Shown: piece by piece, positions 50,790 to 63,464 of the stretch
Layout of the letters: each line of letters begins with the position of its first letter
How positions within the stretch are numbered: the first letter of the stretch is position 1
Position numbers and translations under genes: made by a program
The notes under the pieces: generated by a model
Seen by the model: the letters and a program-made list of their open reading frames with translations, nothing else
What the model was told of the DNA's origin: nothing
Database searches by the model: none
NCBI GenBank assembly: GCA_002189035.1
Contig: NEEC01000002.1
Location: 2,480,001-2,544,000 of the forward strand
Reading direction: 5' to 3'
DNA from: Utricularia gibba
Lineage: Eukaryota > Plantae > Magnoliophyta
Length of the DNA stretch: 64,000 nucleotides

Positions 50790-52242
50790 ATAAAGCATGT
50801 GCATACAAGAAAATGCATACCAAAAAAGATGCAAAGGAACTCTGGAGTAAAATTGAAGAAAACTTCAGACCCTTTACAATACAGAACAAAATGTTGCAGG
50901 ATCAAAAAATTTCAAGACTCAAATATAAGGATGGAGAACCTATGGAAGACCACATAAGCAAGTTCGAAGACCTGGTAGACGAAATGACATCCATACGTAT
51001 GGATCTGGACAATGAAACTCAAGCCATCAAGTTGCTTCAAACACTGACATCTAGCTAGGAGGTGTTGACAGGTATTCTCATGCATACATCAAGTGGATTG
51101 TCCTATGGCTCTATAGTGAATGCCCTATTGCATGAAGAATTGAGAAAGAAATATGTCTGTCAAGACTCAAAGGGGTCACTGGCCGTCACAAAATAGGGAG
51201 AAAAGTGGAAACACAAGAAGGTCCAAAACAAGAAGAAGGATTTGAAGGATAAAGGAAAAAGTGTGATAGAGTCAAATAGAAACAAAGGTTGTGAAGAAAC
51301 GAGAACATGCTATTAATGCAAAAAGACTGATCACATAAGAAAACAATGCAAATTCTAATTGAGGACACAACCCCAAAGGCAAACTACCAATGATTCTCAA
51401 GGACTCAAGAAAGTAGAGAATTCAAGAACAACGCTTCCTCATGTAGAAGAAGAGTTACTGATATTACTTCCTCAATCAACAGATAGCGATATAATGGTAT
51501 TCCAGACAACAGGGGAAGTAAACAAGGTGACATGTTTTGAATGGATTGCGGACTCCGCACCCAACTATCATGCCACACCCTGCAAAGAAATCATGATCAA
51601 TCTTAATTTGAGGGATTATGGAAATGTGAAGATGGGAAATTTTGATGTCTTAAATATTTTGGGGATTGGAGATATTCATGTTATCACAAACCGAGGTCAC
51701 AAACTCACACTGGCGGATGTGAGATATGTCCCTAATATCTGCTTGAATTTAATCTACGTGAATCACTTGGACCACTCAGGATATGTAAGTTCCTTTGGGA
51801 GTCAAAGATGAAAACTCATACAAGGATCAAGGGTGTGTAACATGGGAGAAGTGGATGGCAATCTCTATAAAACCCAGGTGACCCCTGTGAAATCTGAATC
51901 ACACATGGTCACTCAAACAAACGATTCTCACAAACTATGGCACAAAAGGTTAGGACACCTGTCAAACAAAGGCTTACATTTTCTGATGAAACAGAATCTA
52001 ATTGATAAATGCCCTCTGAATAGACAACTTGCGAGGAATGTAGAATTGGAAAGCATCACAGAACTGAATTCAACAGATTATTTCATAAAAGTGATGAACT
52101 TCTAAACACCATGTTATCTGATGTTGGAAGGCCAGTTTAATGCAAATCTATTGGAGGAATGAAATTTTTTATCAACTTTATTGACGACGCATCCACAAAG
52201 TCATGGGTTATTATGATACACAAAAAGAGTCAAACAGATGAT
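50790..52242 (+). mobile_element. Degenerate Ty1/copia internal fragment (gag, protease, pre-integrase, integrase start); no LTRs seen
   Basis: AKELWSKIE..MEDHISKFEDLV (gag), CY*CKKTDHIRKQC (zinc knuckle), WIADSAPNYHATP (protease), LWHKRLGHLS (GAG-pre-integrase), FFINFIDDASTKSWV; stops and frameshifts. Confidence 0.9.
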
Positions 52243-53022
52243 GTTCCACAACGCCCCTCGGAGTCTGAACCAGATTCCCCTGATTCGTTGACACCCAACG
52301 TAGACATCATTCTTTCCAGAAGAAAACGCCATTGGAATGAAGCATGCTATGGAGATCATTTCTTCCTCTTGCCAATGGATTCACTTTTAACTTCCAAACC
52401 AGTTTCTGCGATTGCCTAAATACGTGTAATTTTGCGGAGGATCTGTATAACATATTTGCTAATGAAGAAGATCTCATGGATGGATATGGACAACTTCAGT
52501 GGTTCGAGATGCCGCTTTTGGTTGCTTGTTTTGATGAAGGTTGGAGTGAGAAATGGGAATTTAAAAGACTAAAATGCCCCCATACCAAATATACCAGTAT
52601 ATAAAGAGGCGAGGAGAAAACCTAGAATGAAATTTGTCTCGATTCCGGAGGGCAAAAAGGTTAGATCTGATTCTGTCTCTCGCCTGCTCTTTACGCTGCG
52701 TGTGGATCACGATCGATCGATTCTGCGTTTTTTATTTCTTCCATATATCACATGAATCGTGTAATTCAGAGCATCTGATTTTGCGGGTTCATAAACGTTA
52801 GGTTTGTGGTTTTTTCGTCTGCGAATCAGCGCCGTGTGTGTGTAGGCATTTCTTTCTGATTTATGCTTTTGTGAGAACACTTGCCACCAAGTGCCCTAAT
52901 TTTTATTCAAAAATCTGCTATAATTCTATTGTCCAATACTGACTAGATCACTGGGGAGGGTAAAATCTCACGGAGATCAACGAGCCGTTGGTATTACCGC
53001 AACACAGATAACATTACGATAA

Positions 53023-54176
53023 ATGGTGAGTCTGATCTTCTTTTTCTTTTAGTGGGGAGTTTGGTCGAACGGGTTCGATGCATGTTTCAGTTTTTCAGCC
53101 TTGATTATGTATAATGTTTTTGAATACACGAATAATTTGGGTTACCCAAGGCAGTGACGCTCCACACAAACTTGGGAGATGTCAAGTGCGAAGTTTTCTG
53201 CGACGAGGTTCCTAAGACTGCAGAAGTATGTTTTACTTTTGTTAACGATACATGCTTGTTTTTAACAGTTCTTTAAATTGAAACCTTAAATTTGTCATTG
53301 AATGTGTCCTTTCACATTTTTCGGTGAGTGGGCTGTTTTTGAAGTATTGCCAAAAAACAAATGTGATTTTTTTGCTTATTACAAAACTAGTGTTACATTT
53401 GTGGGAAAATTATACAAAATACGTAAATTTTTTTTTTTGTGGAATCAATATTGATCATTACTTCCACAAACTACGATAAATTTGCACCTTTTTGTTATAT
53501 TGAATTGGTAGATCCTTGGTTTGCCTTGTATTTTTAAATGAGAAGATTTATTTTTTGAAGTTGAGTTGATCTTGCACCATATGGCAGAACTTTCTAGCAC
53601 TATGTGCGAGTGGCTATTATGACGGAACGATATTCCATCGAAACATTAAGGGCTTCATGATACAAGGTGGTGATCCAACTAACACTGGCAAGGGAGGAAC
53701 AAGTATATGGGGTAAAAAGTTCAGTGACGAAATAAGAGAATCTCTCAAGGCTAGTTTTTCTGTATTTTGTAAATTTGGGTTTCATGAAAACTCATACTAT
53801 GCTAGTGATATGTTTCTTTTTGAACAATCACTGATGTTCTTCTACTTCATTGCGTGATACAGCACAATGCTCGAGGTATACTATCCATGGCTAACAGTGG
53901 CCCCAACACCAATGGAAGTCAGTTTTTCATCACATACGGCAAGCAACCTCATCTCAATGGACTCTACACCATCTTCGGTAAAGTGATTCATGGATTTGAA
54001 GTTCTTGACATCATGGAAAAGGTATTCCAAGCAAATTCTTCCTTTTTATTTGTGTTGTCTTTCCTATAAATATTTTGACTCAACTCTTCCAGGCTCAAAC
54101 CGGCCCTGGCGATCAACCACTTATGGAGATCAGAATCAACCGTGTCACAATACATGCTAATCCACTCGCTGGGTAG
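53023..54176 (+). CDS. CYP18-1: Cyclophilin PPIL3/CYP18-1-like peptidyl-prolyl isomerase, 160 aa, 5 exons
   Basis: Exons 53023-53025, 53151-53225, 53588-53749, 53863-54021, 54093-54176 give [55 protein letters not shown]; intron 3 is GC-AG. Confidence 0.95.
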
Positions 54177-57100
54177 GTTGAGTAGATTTTATCCTTGACT
54201 GTGCTCTAGCTTAGAAGGGCTGGAATGCCGCTCTCTCTTTAAACAAGTGAAGATTATAGTTTTAAGTGGTGTATTAACTTTTCTCCCCCCCCCCCCAAAA
54301 AAAAAAGAAGTGTTTTACTACGATTATGATGATGCTTTTTCTCAGAGCTTCTAACTTGTGCCTTCGTTTGAGATGTTGTAGTTTTGAACATTGAGGACAA
54401 GTGTAGTTTATGCGTATTTTTTGTAGTGATAGAATGCATTATGGAACTGTGAACCTGCTTTAATACTTGTCTTCGATATCTTTGGTGATTTGACCAATTT
54501 TTCATGATCATCATCTGAATAATTCATTTTTGTAACACCTTATTTTATCATTCCTGATCATGTAAAATCTCAATCTTGTTACTAAAAATAAACTTGTGAT
54601 CCGGAGGACCAGCTACTCGATTATGATAATTGGGCATCATGGAGTTTTGGTTGTCTACCAGATGCATGAACTGTTGTTAATGGGCTTTAGGATCCACATC
54701 AGTAAATAGTGAAAAGACAAGAAAATCCTCCATGCTCAGCTTCCTCGATATGCTGGTGGGTCGGAATTAAATCGAAAAGCATGACCAGATGCGGTGCCTA
54801 ACCCATACTTGATAAAAAATAAGGATATTGATAAAAAATAAGGATATCCAGGAGCTTAAAGTTCAACTTCATCTTATGTTGATTTAGGACCTGGGATTCA
54901 TGAAATGTAAGTCAATGCATTCTATGAGAATTACGGAGGGATGTATAATAACGAAAATTATCAAATGTTACAAAGAGACCATTCTGATTTTTGCAGGAGA
55001 CAATCAGTGCTCCTAGTCATCTAATGTCATCGAGCATCAACAAGCGTCACTCTCTTCTACATGTCATCAAGCGTTGTCGGGAGTTGAAGGAGATTGGAGA
55101 AATTTTTGAAGATAAATGTTCGAAAAATGACTCTAGAAAGAGGTATAAGAGAATATTTGTATGTACTCGACTCAAAAAATGACATATCTCGCTCATTATG
55201 TTTTATAGATTATTAATAAAAAATGTAATCATCAAGAAAATAAATCACTAAGATAGATTATTAATAATAAAATTAACCAAAGTAAATCACAAACATATTA
55301 AATAAGGAGGGTAAAATTGCAACAAAAGAAATATGCCCTTGAGATAAGTGATGCAATGCATGATCTTGATGATGTGGGCTAAAAGTTTCTAAAGAAATAA
55401 GAATGTTGTGGTACACATTGTGGGAAATAAAATGTAATCCTGATGAATAGATGGAGATGAACATCTTAGAATCGAATTTTCTAATTCTACATTAGAATCT
55501 GAGGGATTTCACGATTTATCTAGAAAAATTATCATTCGTACATTCTTTATCATATATTAAGTTAAAGAATTTATATTATAAATAATTATTTTTCTCATCA
55601 ATAAAAGGATGACCAAATTTCTAATACATCTTACATTGCCATGTTTCTACATTGAGCAAATGAAAAGTTATAATGATTACAACTTAGTGATAATAATGGA
55701 CACATTGATCTCTCATTTTTTTTCTTCACAAAAGCTTGTTTTTTCTTTTTCTCTACTTCTAAGATAGCTATCTTTCATGTTTTGTTTACAAAATGCTTCC
55801 TAAAGAAACAGGTAGATAGAAAAATTGAGAAATTGTGGTTCAATTGAGAATAACTGCATCTTTAATTCCCAAACAATATGCTTATATACACATACTTAAT
55901 AATTAATTCATTTAAAAAATATCTATTCTATACTTTCCATTATTCTTTTTCTTTCAACTCCACACTTGTCGCATTGTGCTGCCTGTGAGTTGCTTCCTGC
56001 CCAACAGATCGGCACACCTTCAAACGAGACAATATGACACTTTTGCACCTTCCCAACTTCGACGTGCCCCTCCAACTATTGCGGCGGCCTTTCTGTTGCA
56101 GACCCAACCTGTAAGAGAAAGAGAAGAGAAGTTTGTCTGTTGTTCGTTCGCCGTATGTTTCTGTTCGGAGTGCGGCGCCGCCTTTGGGGTCGACAACGGA
56201 GATGTGCAGCTGAATCAAATGCTAACGTTAGCAATCTAGCAGGGCAGGGGCCGACGCCCCCGAATACTATTTTTTAAAAATAAATATTCATTTTTGGGGG
56301 GTATGTCTAATCCTAGAGCAAATGGACTCGGTTGATGATATACCCTTTTGATAAAAAGTATTTTGTAAAATACTTAATTTTTTATTCAATTTGTAAAATA
56401 CCTTTGTTACTTTGTCAAAAGTATGATATTCAATTATTACATGCTATTTGAATCGAGTAATTATATTCTCATGGGCGAATGGTCCATGCTTCTACACGAT
56501 GAATTTCTTGATGGCCACTGCAGTAAAACCATAAAACAAAGCACTTGGTTTTACATGCAAACCAAATGATTGAATTACAATATTTCAATCAATAGTTATC
56601 AATCATTGGAGTTATATATTCTATTTTAATCGAATAATTATTATTTTTCAATTCTAAATTTTTATTACATTTTCATTCGATTCAAATAATACGTGATGTT
56701 TAAATGTTTTTCGTATGACAATATGACATGTGATATTTCATAAACCGAATTAAAAATATGATATTTTACAAAGTAATTTTTTGGACAAAGTATATTACCA
56801 ATTTACTCACACCAAATGCGTTCTCTATTGGTTGAAGTCACGGTCGTGTGTTTGAAATTAAATTAAATTAATTTCATAATTTTAATATGCGAACATAAAA
56901 ATTATTTATTTTGACCATCATTATGTGAAAAAACGATCATAAATGCCACGCACGCTTTACAAGTCCAGTACAAGACCACGCAGGGAGCTTTTAAGGCAAA
57001 GCACCTGCCTGAACCCTGAAGGTTTCAATACCGAGACGATCCCGACAACGTTTTTATTAGGGCAGAAGAGTGTCCGGGAGGCGTCGTGGCTTGGCTTCAC

Positions 57101-57182
57101 CGCAGAGCATGCAGCAGACCCGCATGCATGCAGGCACTCGAAGTCCTCCCTCACCTTCTACGAATTACGTCAGCCGGGGATG

Positions 57183-57653
57183 CTACACCGGAGATGACGC
57201 TGCCTCGCCGTCCACCGCCGCGACCTCCTCCCTACACCTAACCTTATAATAAATGCCCTTAACATTTTCCCAGTTCGCAAAGACGAAAAGCGGCGGGGAG
57301 AGCGTGAGCGGCACGTAGAACGAGCAACGTGGGTGCAGGAAGAGAGAAAAGAAGGCGAGGGTTGCGACGATGGCTGTGAACGAAGCCGGAAGAACCATCA
57401 GCTCGTCCCACGCCGAGCAGGCGCCGTTCAGGGCGTCGATTGTCCAGTACGCGAAGAAGTTGGCTAGGAATAGTCTCATCATCGGAACTTGAACGGGGTC
57501 GACGCCTTTCACTTGATACGTCACCAGAAGGATGCCCAGTGGGATCGGAATCAGCCTCCCGGTGATGGTTTTGAACACTGCCCGCAGCCTCTTCATCGTC
57601 ATCGTCCTCGTGGAAGGGTTCGGTTTCCCAGTCTCCGGCGTCGGCGCGCCCAT
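57183..57653 (-). CDS. 4-TM family subfamily A, intronless, 156 aa, intact
   Basis: TATA (tatatataa) ~57733-57742, gccATGg start; EVFK-like, ASFTAIVATLAFF, HPRCSFYVP and ANWEN motifs align with family B (EIFK, ASASAAFALFAF, MPTRFSFIP, ANWDN). Confidence 0.68.
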   Translation of the reverse strand: MGAPTPETGKPNPSTRTMTMKRLRAVFKTITGRLIPIPLGILLVTYQVKGVDPVQVPMMRLFLANFFAYWTIDALNGACSAWDELMVLPASFTAIVATLAFFSLFLHPRCSFYVPLTLSPPLFVFANWENVKGIYYKVRCREEVAAVDGEAASSPV

Positions 57654-60600
57654 GGCTGGCGAATTGATATGCGGCGCAGGGTGAGAAATGCACAAGAGAA
57701 GTGAAATATTCAGCGTTCGAAGACGGGAGAGATTATATATACAGAAGGGAGACCCTCGATAGAGGAATTATATATTTAAATTATTTGTAATTATATAAAT
57801 ACACAATTACACATCATTAAAAATAAAATTTTAATTAATATATCGTTTTACAAATATGCACCTAAAATAATATTTTATTTTATAGATATATTTAAAATAT
57901 ACAGTTTGCAGCAATTAAAAATAACATATTCTTAATTTTCATTTGTATTTAATCTCCGGATCATGATTTGAAATCGATTATTGCGATTTTTTGTATTTTT
58001 TCCGTGTTTTTATAATGTTTTTCCCTATTAACATACATTATGTCATGCTTTCATAATAGAATATTATATCTCTTCATTTATAGTGAAATATCATGGTTTG
58101 ATTATTATTGTTGGTATGCTTATATTTTAATAGGATTTTTTTTCATCCATGACTTGTTTGTAGTTTTATTAGATTTATAAAAAAAATTAAAAAATAGGAT
58201 AAATATGAAAAAAAAATGAAACTTGACATGATCAGTAAAAGTCACATAGTAAAAAGATATGACAGACAATGTCTAATAATAGCATTTATACTACACTGCA
58301 AAAAGATGTGAGTACGGGGTAATGTAGTAAATAAGTAGCTGGAATTGATAAATTAAAAGTATAAAATTCAGATTAATTTCATTTTTTCAATGGAGTCTAA
58401 ATTTTGATTTTTAATTAATTAGATTCTGCAGGTAAAAATTTTTTTTTCTTATGATAAAAAGATTGTTTTGAGAATGTATGTCGAACATATACTAACCCAA
58501 CAATGGCTATATTTTTATTAATTCTTTAAAATAAATTATCTTTCATTTTACGAAATGAACTAAATTGGTTGTATTAATCAATAATGATTAGGGGATGTTT
58601 CATAATTTAAAGTTGTGCTTTATATTACATATAATAGAATCAATTTTGAGATTACATGAATAGAATTAGTTTTGAGACTGTAAAAATGTTTTGTGTAATA
58701 ATTAAATTATACTATAAAATTTAATATATTAAATTAGTATATAATTTAATGTTATAATATAAATATATTTTAAAATAGATAAAAATATTATAATTTTTAT
58801 AATCAATCTATTATTCAATAACAAAAAATAGATTAAGAAATTTAATAATTTTTTAAGTTATTCGCAATATTTTATTACAAAATAATTAAATATTATAAAT
58901 CAAAATGAAATCAATTAAATAAATTATTAAAAAATAACTAGTGCCATAAAGTCAAATGGCAATAACTCATCTGTTCCGTACTCTCATCGTGGTGGGTAAT
59001 TGCACGTAAACGTGTAGTCTTCATAAGCAAGCATTGGAGTTCCAGCTTCCAAAGACGCGCATCAGCCTTCTTTTTAACTGCAGTTTTTGCAGTAAATTGT
59101 TGTTCATAAGCTCCAGTTATGAGAGTTAATTTGAAAAATACCCATTGCAATTTAACTGATAAAAGTATTCATCTTTTATTGAAAAAAATAGCCTGAATTT
59201 GAAAAAATTAGTGTGTGAGAGAGATTGGTACAGTGTGTAATTTAATAAAATACGTCACTTATGTGTAACAACAATTATCGCTTCGGTGTAGTGTTCTGCA
59301 GAGCTTAGGCATTTTAGAGATAGATAAATCGACTCCAGGTATTTACTGCCCTTCAATGCGACGCTCACGATAATCGTGGCTGGGGATCCCTCGAGGGCAC
59401 CCACTCCCAGAACAGACACCGGGAACTCAGAGCTGATTCACTGCACACAATTTAAGAGGTAGATGGTGAATTTTTCAATGAGAAACATATTCATATCCTC
59501 CCTTCAAGGCGGTAAAAAATTCAAGCTTACCCAGTAAAAAAAATCACTAGAGTTTGGAATTCAAATGGGGTAACTCGATTTGTGATGAAAAAAAAAGGGA
59601 TGAAAACAGGAGGGATTTGCGAGAGATTTCACCCCAGATGATGATTGCTTTTGTTGGTTTCCCGAGTTGCGGCGGCACTTTTACTTCCACTTCTGGGTCC
59701 ACATTTGCGGCGGCCTCTTTTTGTATGTTTCTTGTTCCTCGGTAATGGCTTAACCCTAGACTAGAGCCGACAACTTACATCCCAGAATGCTTTTATCAAT
59801 GAAACCATACACTAATTCCATGCTAAACAAAATTAACTCTTTGATGAACATATCAAGACACAGAAAGAAGCTTATGACAAGATCTTTTGGTCACTGTAAT
59901 AAATCACTGGGGCATTGAAGACACTGATTCACTGCAGGAAGACGCAACCCGGATTGATGAAGAGTGGACAAAAAAGTAGATGGGAGCATTTTTCATTTTT
60001 CAAAAAGTATATCATCTTTGTATCCAAAGAGTAATCACCGATAATACCTGAGGTAATCCACCAAAAAGAAGAAGAAAACGGGAGAAATGGTGTGGACATA
60101 AATGTTAATCTTTTTATAGCTTCGATCTTGAGAAGGCTGCATGGTCTGTTTACGGAATTGCGGCGCCTTTTTTCTGTTCTACATTCTGGGACTTGAAAGA
60201 GACAATTGCGGCTGGTCTTTTTGTATTAAATATGTTTTTTTCTTATCAGCATTTCCTTATTTGTTTATTCTTATTTGCTTGATTTTTTTTTCCCATCAAA
60301 TTGAAAAACCGGTGACAGAGCGATAGACCAGACCCAAGCACCAACTTGGTTTGATTGTTTAGTTAGTGTTTCTGATTAATGGTATCAATTTATTTTTCAC
60401 CTTTTTTAGAATCATACGAATACATGTAATTTAGAGGTTATTTGATAATAGTATATTAGTATGTTTAAGTATAATGTAATTGAATATAATAAATTATGTG
60501 TTTGATATCCGAGAATAAGGGTATACGGTATAACAATTAAAGACTCACAAGAAAAAAAATAGCGGCTAAAGTTTTATAGGAGAAATAATTTTTGAAGATG

Positions 60601-61818
60601 AATAAATGACAAAACATGCAATGATATAAATATAATTAGCTCCCATTCATCTCTATTTGTGCATGCCACTTACGTGTTTAAAAAATAAGTATATAAATGA
60701 TATAATCATATAAAACTGATATACATATGCTAGTTAATCAAATATCGATTTATATGTACATTTAGATATAAATCTTATATGCTATACTATCAATACAGTA
60801 AATAATTAAAATAGTAAGATATATTATTTATATTATAAGGAAATGGGAAAAGGGAAAAGGTTGAGTGCTCTCTTACAGCATTCATTTGGCGTAATGAGAA
60901 GGCATGATATGAGAGCTGGAGGAGAGAGTCAAAGATTGTATATTAATAATAAAAAAAGTAAGGTTTGAAAGGGAAATTGTAGCAAAAATCCATTTATTAT
61001 TTTGAAAAACTTAGTCCTTATTATTTAACATAAATGATATAATTGGTTTCTATTAATACAATTGGTCTCTAAACTTTTATTTATCAGGTATAATCAATCT
61101 TTACAATTTGGTGTACAGTAAAATATTTATTATAATTGTAGTAAAATATTATTTAAATATTTGATTTCAAATCAATTTGATATTACAAGTCCCCAATATT
61201 TTGATTTTTAGTAAAATTAATCTTTAGTATAAATATTCATTTTTTTTACAACGCCGTTCCAGTGAAGCATCGCCGTCCATCTCATTTCGATCCCGACGCA
61301 TCATTGTGTGCGCCCATTGGGCCAGCTCATTGTGCACCACCGAGCTAGCCCGTCATGCACCCACTGGGGCACTGCTGTTGGCCTAGATACGGCCCAAGAG
61401 CATACGGATTGGGCCCTATCCCAACAACTTTGCGAAGAGAAAGTCCCTGAGCGAAATACGTGAGCCCCGTTTCTGGACTGGAATTTCTGCTCTGCGAGGA
61501 GGTTAGATCTGATTTATCGCTTTTCGCCTGTTACTTGGATTCGCTTTGTTCTTGCTGATCGTTTTAACCTGGAAATTAATGAGCTATCAAGCGATCGAAA
61601 ATAATCCATCGTTTTAGAGGACGTTGCTTGATCTGCGAATCAGGGCTGTGTAATTTGTATGTTTTTTGAACAATGGAGTAGACTGGAGTTGTTTAAATGA
61701 AATTGTTGAAATGAGCATGATCTACATTATAAACCAGTTCTTTCTTTTTCTTAAAAAAAAAGTTCAATTCTTTATTCCTAATGTACATTTGATGGATTAT
61801 TTAGGTGTTGTCAGTGTC

Positions 61819-62667
61819 ATGGCTGGAGCAGGGAGTTCCATGTCGTATTCCTTTCTTCTATTCGCGGCTACACTATCTTTGCAAGAAATATATAGAGCAA
61901 AGTTAGCATCTTCAGAGCTGTTCACCATTCTTGGAGGCTTTACCAGCTCTCTGATATTTCTTCTTCTACTGACGGTAATGTTTTTTTTTTGGCCATTATG
62001 CATATTTTTGTTCAATTCTTTTTTTTTTTCCTTGATGTTGGCCAATATCTTTCCTCACAAGGGTGTAAGGGTGTGTCATGTTTGACTCAAGGATGGATGT
62101 TGCATTCATTATGGTGTTTCGTTTCAGATTTTGTGCCTTATACTGAATGAAAGCTGGCTCATATCTGTGGTTTAGTATATTTATCCATTGTTTGATTACC
62201 ATGTTGAATCTGTTCTTCAGTTTATTGGGAATTATCAAGAAACACTTGGTGCTAAGACTGGGTGGGGTTCAGGTAAGATTCCGTCTTTGGCTATGGATGA
62301 TTATTTTCATTGAATTTATACTTTTTAGAGCTGAGGCCACATGTAGATCATCTAAGGCTAGTTTTCTCTTTCCTCCTTCATATGCAAATTCTTCAGTTCT
62401 TGTAGCAGAAGCTGTGGCACTGGTAGCAGCTAGCACCGTTCATCGTGTTTGTATCACAACTTGGTAATCCACCATCTCACAGATGTTATCAAAGCTGTGT
62501 CCCTTCTGAAAATATTTTTAAGAATGTGGATGTGCTGTGGGTATCTAGTAATTCTCGATTTGTTTGGTGCGTGCAGTTTATTGTTCTCTGCTGTTCTGCT
62601 GTATGAGGTCAACAAACTCTCAGAAGTATTGCTGTCCAAGAGTGAGCCGAAGGCTAAAAGGTTTTGA
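61819..62667 (+). CDS. KCP2: Keratinocyte-associated protein 2 homolog (OST subunit KCP2/KRTCAP2), 4 exons
   Basis: MAGAGSSM..LSLQEIYRAKLASSELFTILGGFTSSLIF..|FIGNYQE..KTGWG|..AEAVALVAASTVHRVCITT|CLLFS..LLYEVNKLS..KSEPKAKRF*. Confidence 0.92.
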
Positions 62668-63464
62668 GTGAAATTTTACGTGCATTTGTAGAGAGTGTCT
62701 CAATGGGCATTGCATCCAGTTCTTCCATTCTGCTTGACTGATAGGTTGACAGCCATTGACGACTCTGTGTGCTCATATGCTACCTTTTAACCAATGAAAT
62801 TCTAGATTGGCAGCTTGTCTTGTGCCATATGAAATATGTTATTTTGGTAATACGATGAAGCAGTAAAAATAATACTTTTAAGTAATAAAAATTTCATAAA
62901 TATTCAGTTTAATAATAAATTGCTTTTGAAATATTAAAACTATCCAGACAATAAAGAAAAAATGAATTTCTTTTGGAAGATAATTCACTTAAAAAGCAAA
63001 TTCGCTAAAATGTAGGGTCATTTACAAATCGGATCACCTTAACACTGTCACAGTAGTTAGAAGATGGTCAGATTTCTAAATGACCCTAAAATGCATTTTA
63101 AAATATATTTTGTTTTTGAAGCAATATTTATTATATAGCGGGGGCAAAATATGAGGGTTAAAAGGGTAAAATGAGACCCAATAGAATGGGGCAATTCCAA
63201 TTCCGATTCCAATTCCAATCCCTATCGCAGTTCGGGGAATTGTCCCTTGTGTGAATGCGGCCCCAATATCTGTGATCTTCTTCTCTGCATCACAAAATGC
63301 ACAGATAGATGTCGACAAATATCTAGTTTTGATGGCAAACACCAGTCACTACAAAGGGAAGAGTCCTGGTCGGCGAATTTCACCCCGAGTTGGAGGAGTT
63401 TCCTTGACGATGCGTTTCGCTGTTTGGGGTGCGGAAGAAACCCTATCACTCTGGAACCAGCGAC

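Noticed and set aside
44508-53054. CACTAAAAGAAA (44508, 44642) and its reverse complement TTTCTTTTAGTG (53043-53054) as Pack-CACTA termini
   Set aside because: No 3-bp TSD (gtc vs ggg). Both CACTA motifs share their flanks as part of a 21-bp direct repeat, and the 3' match is ordinary intronic polypyrimidine sequence.
55940-56260. GC-richer island with 87- and 92-aa ORFs
   Set aside because: No splice, promoter or protein-family evidence that I could support.
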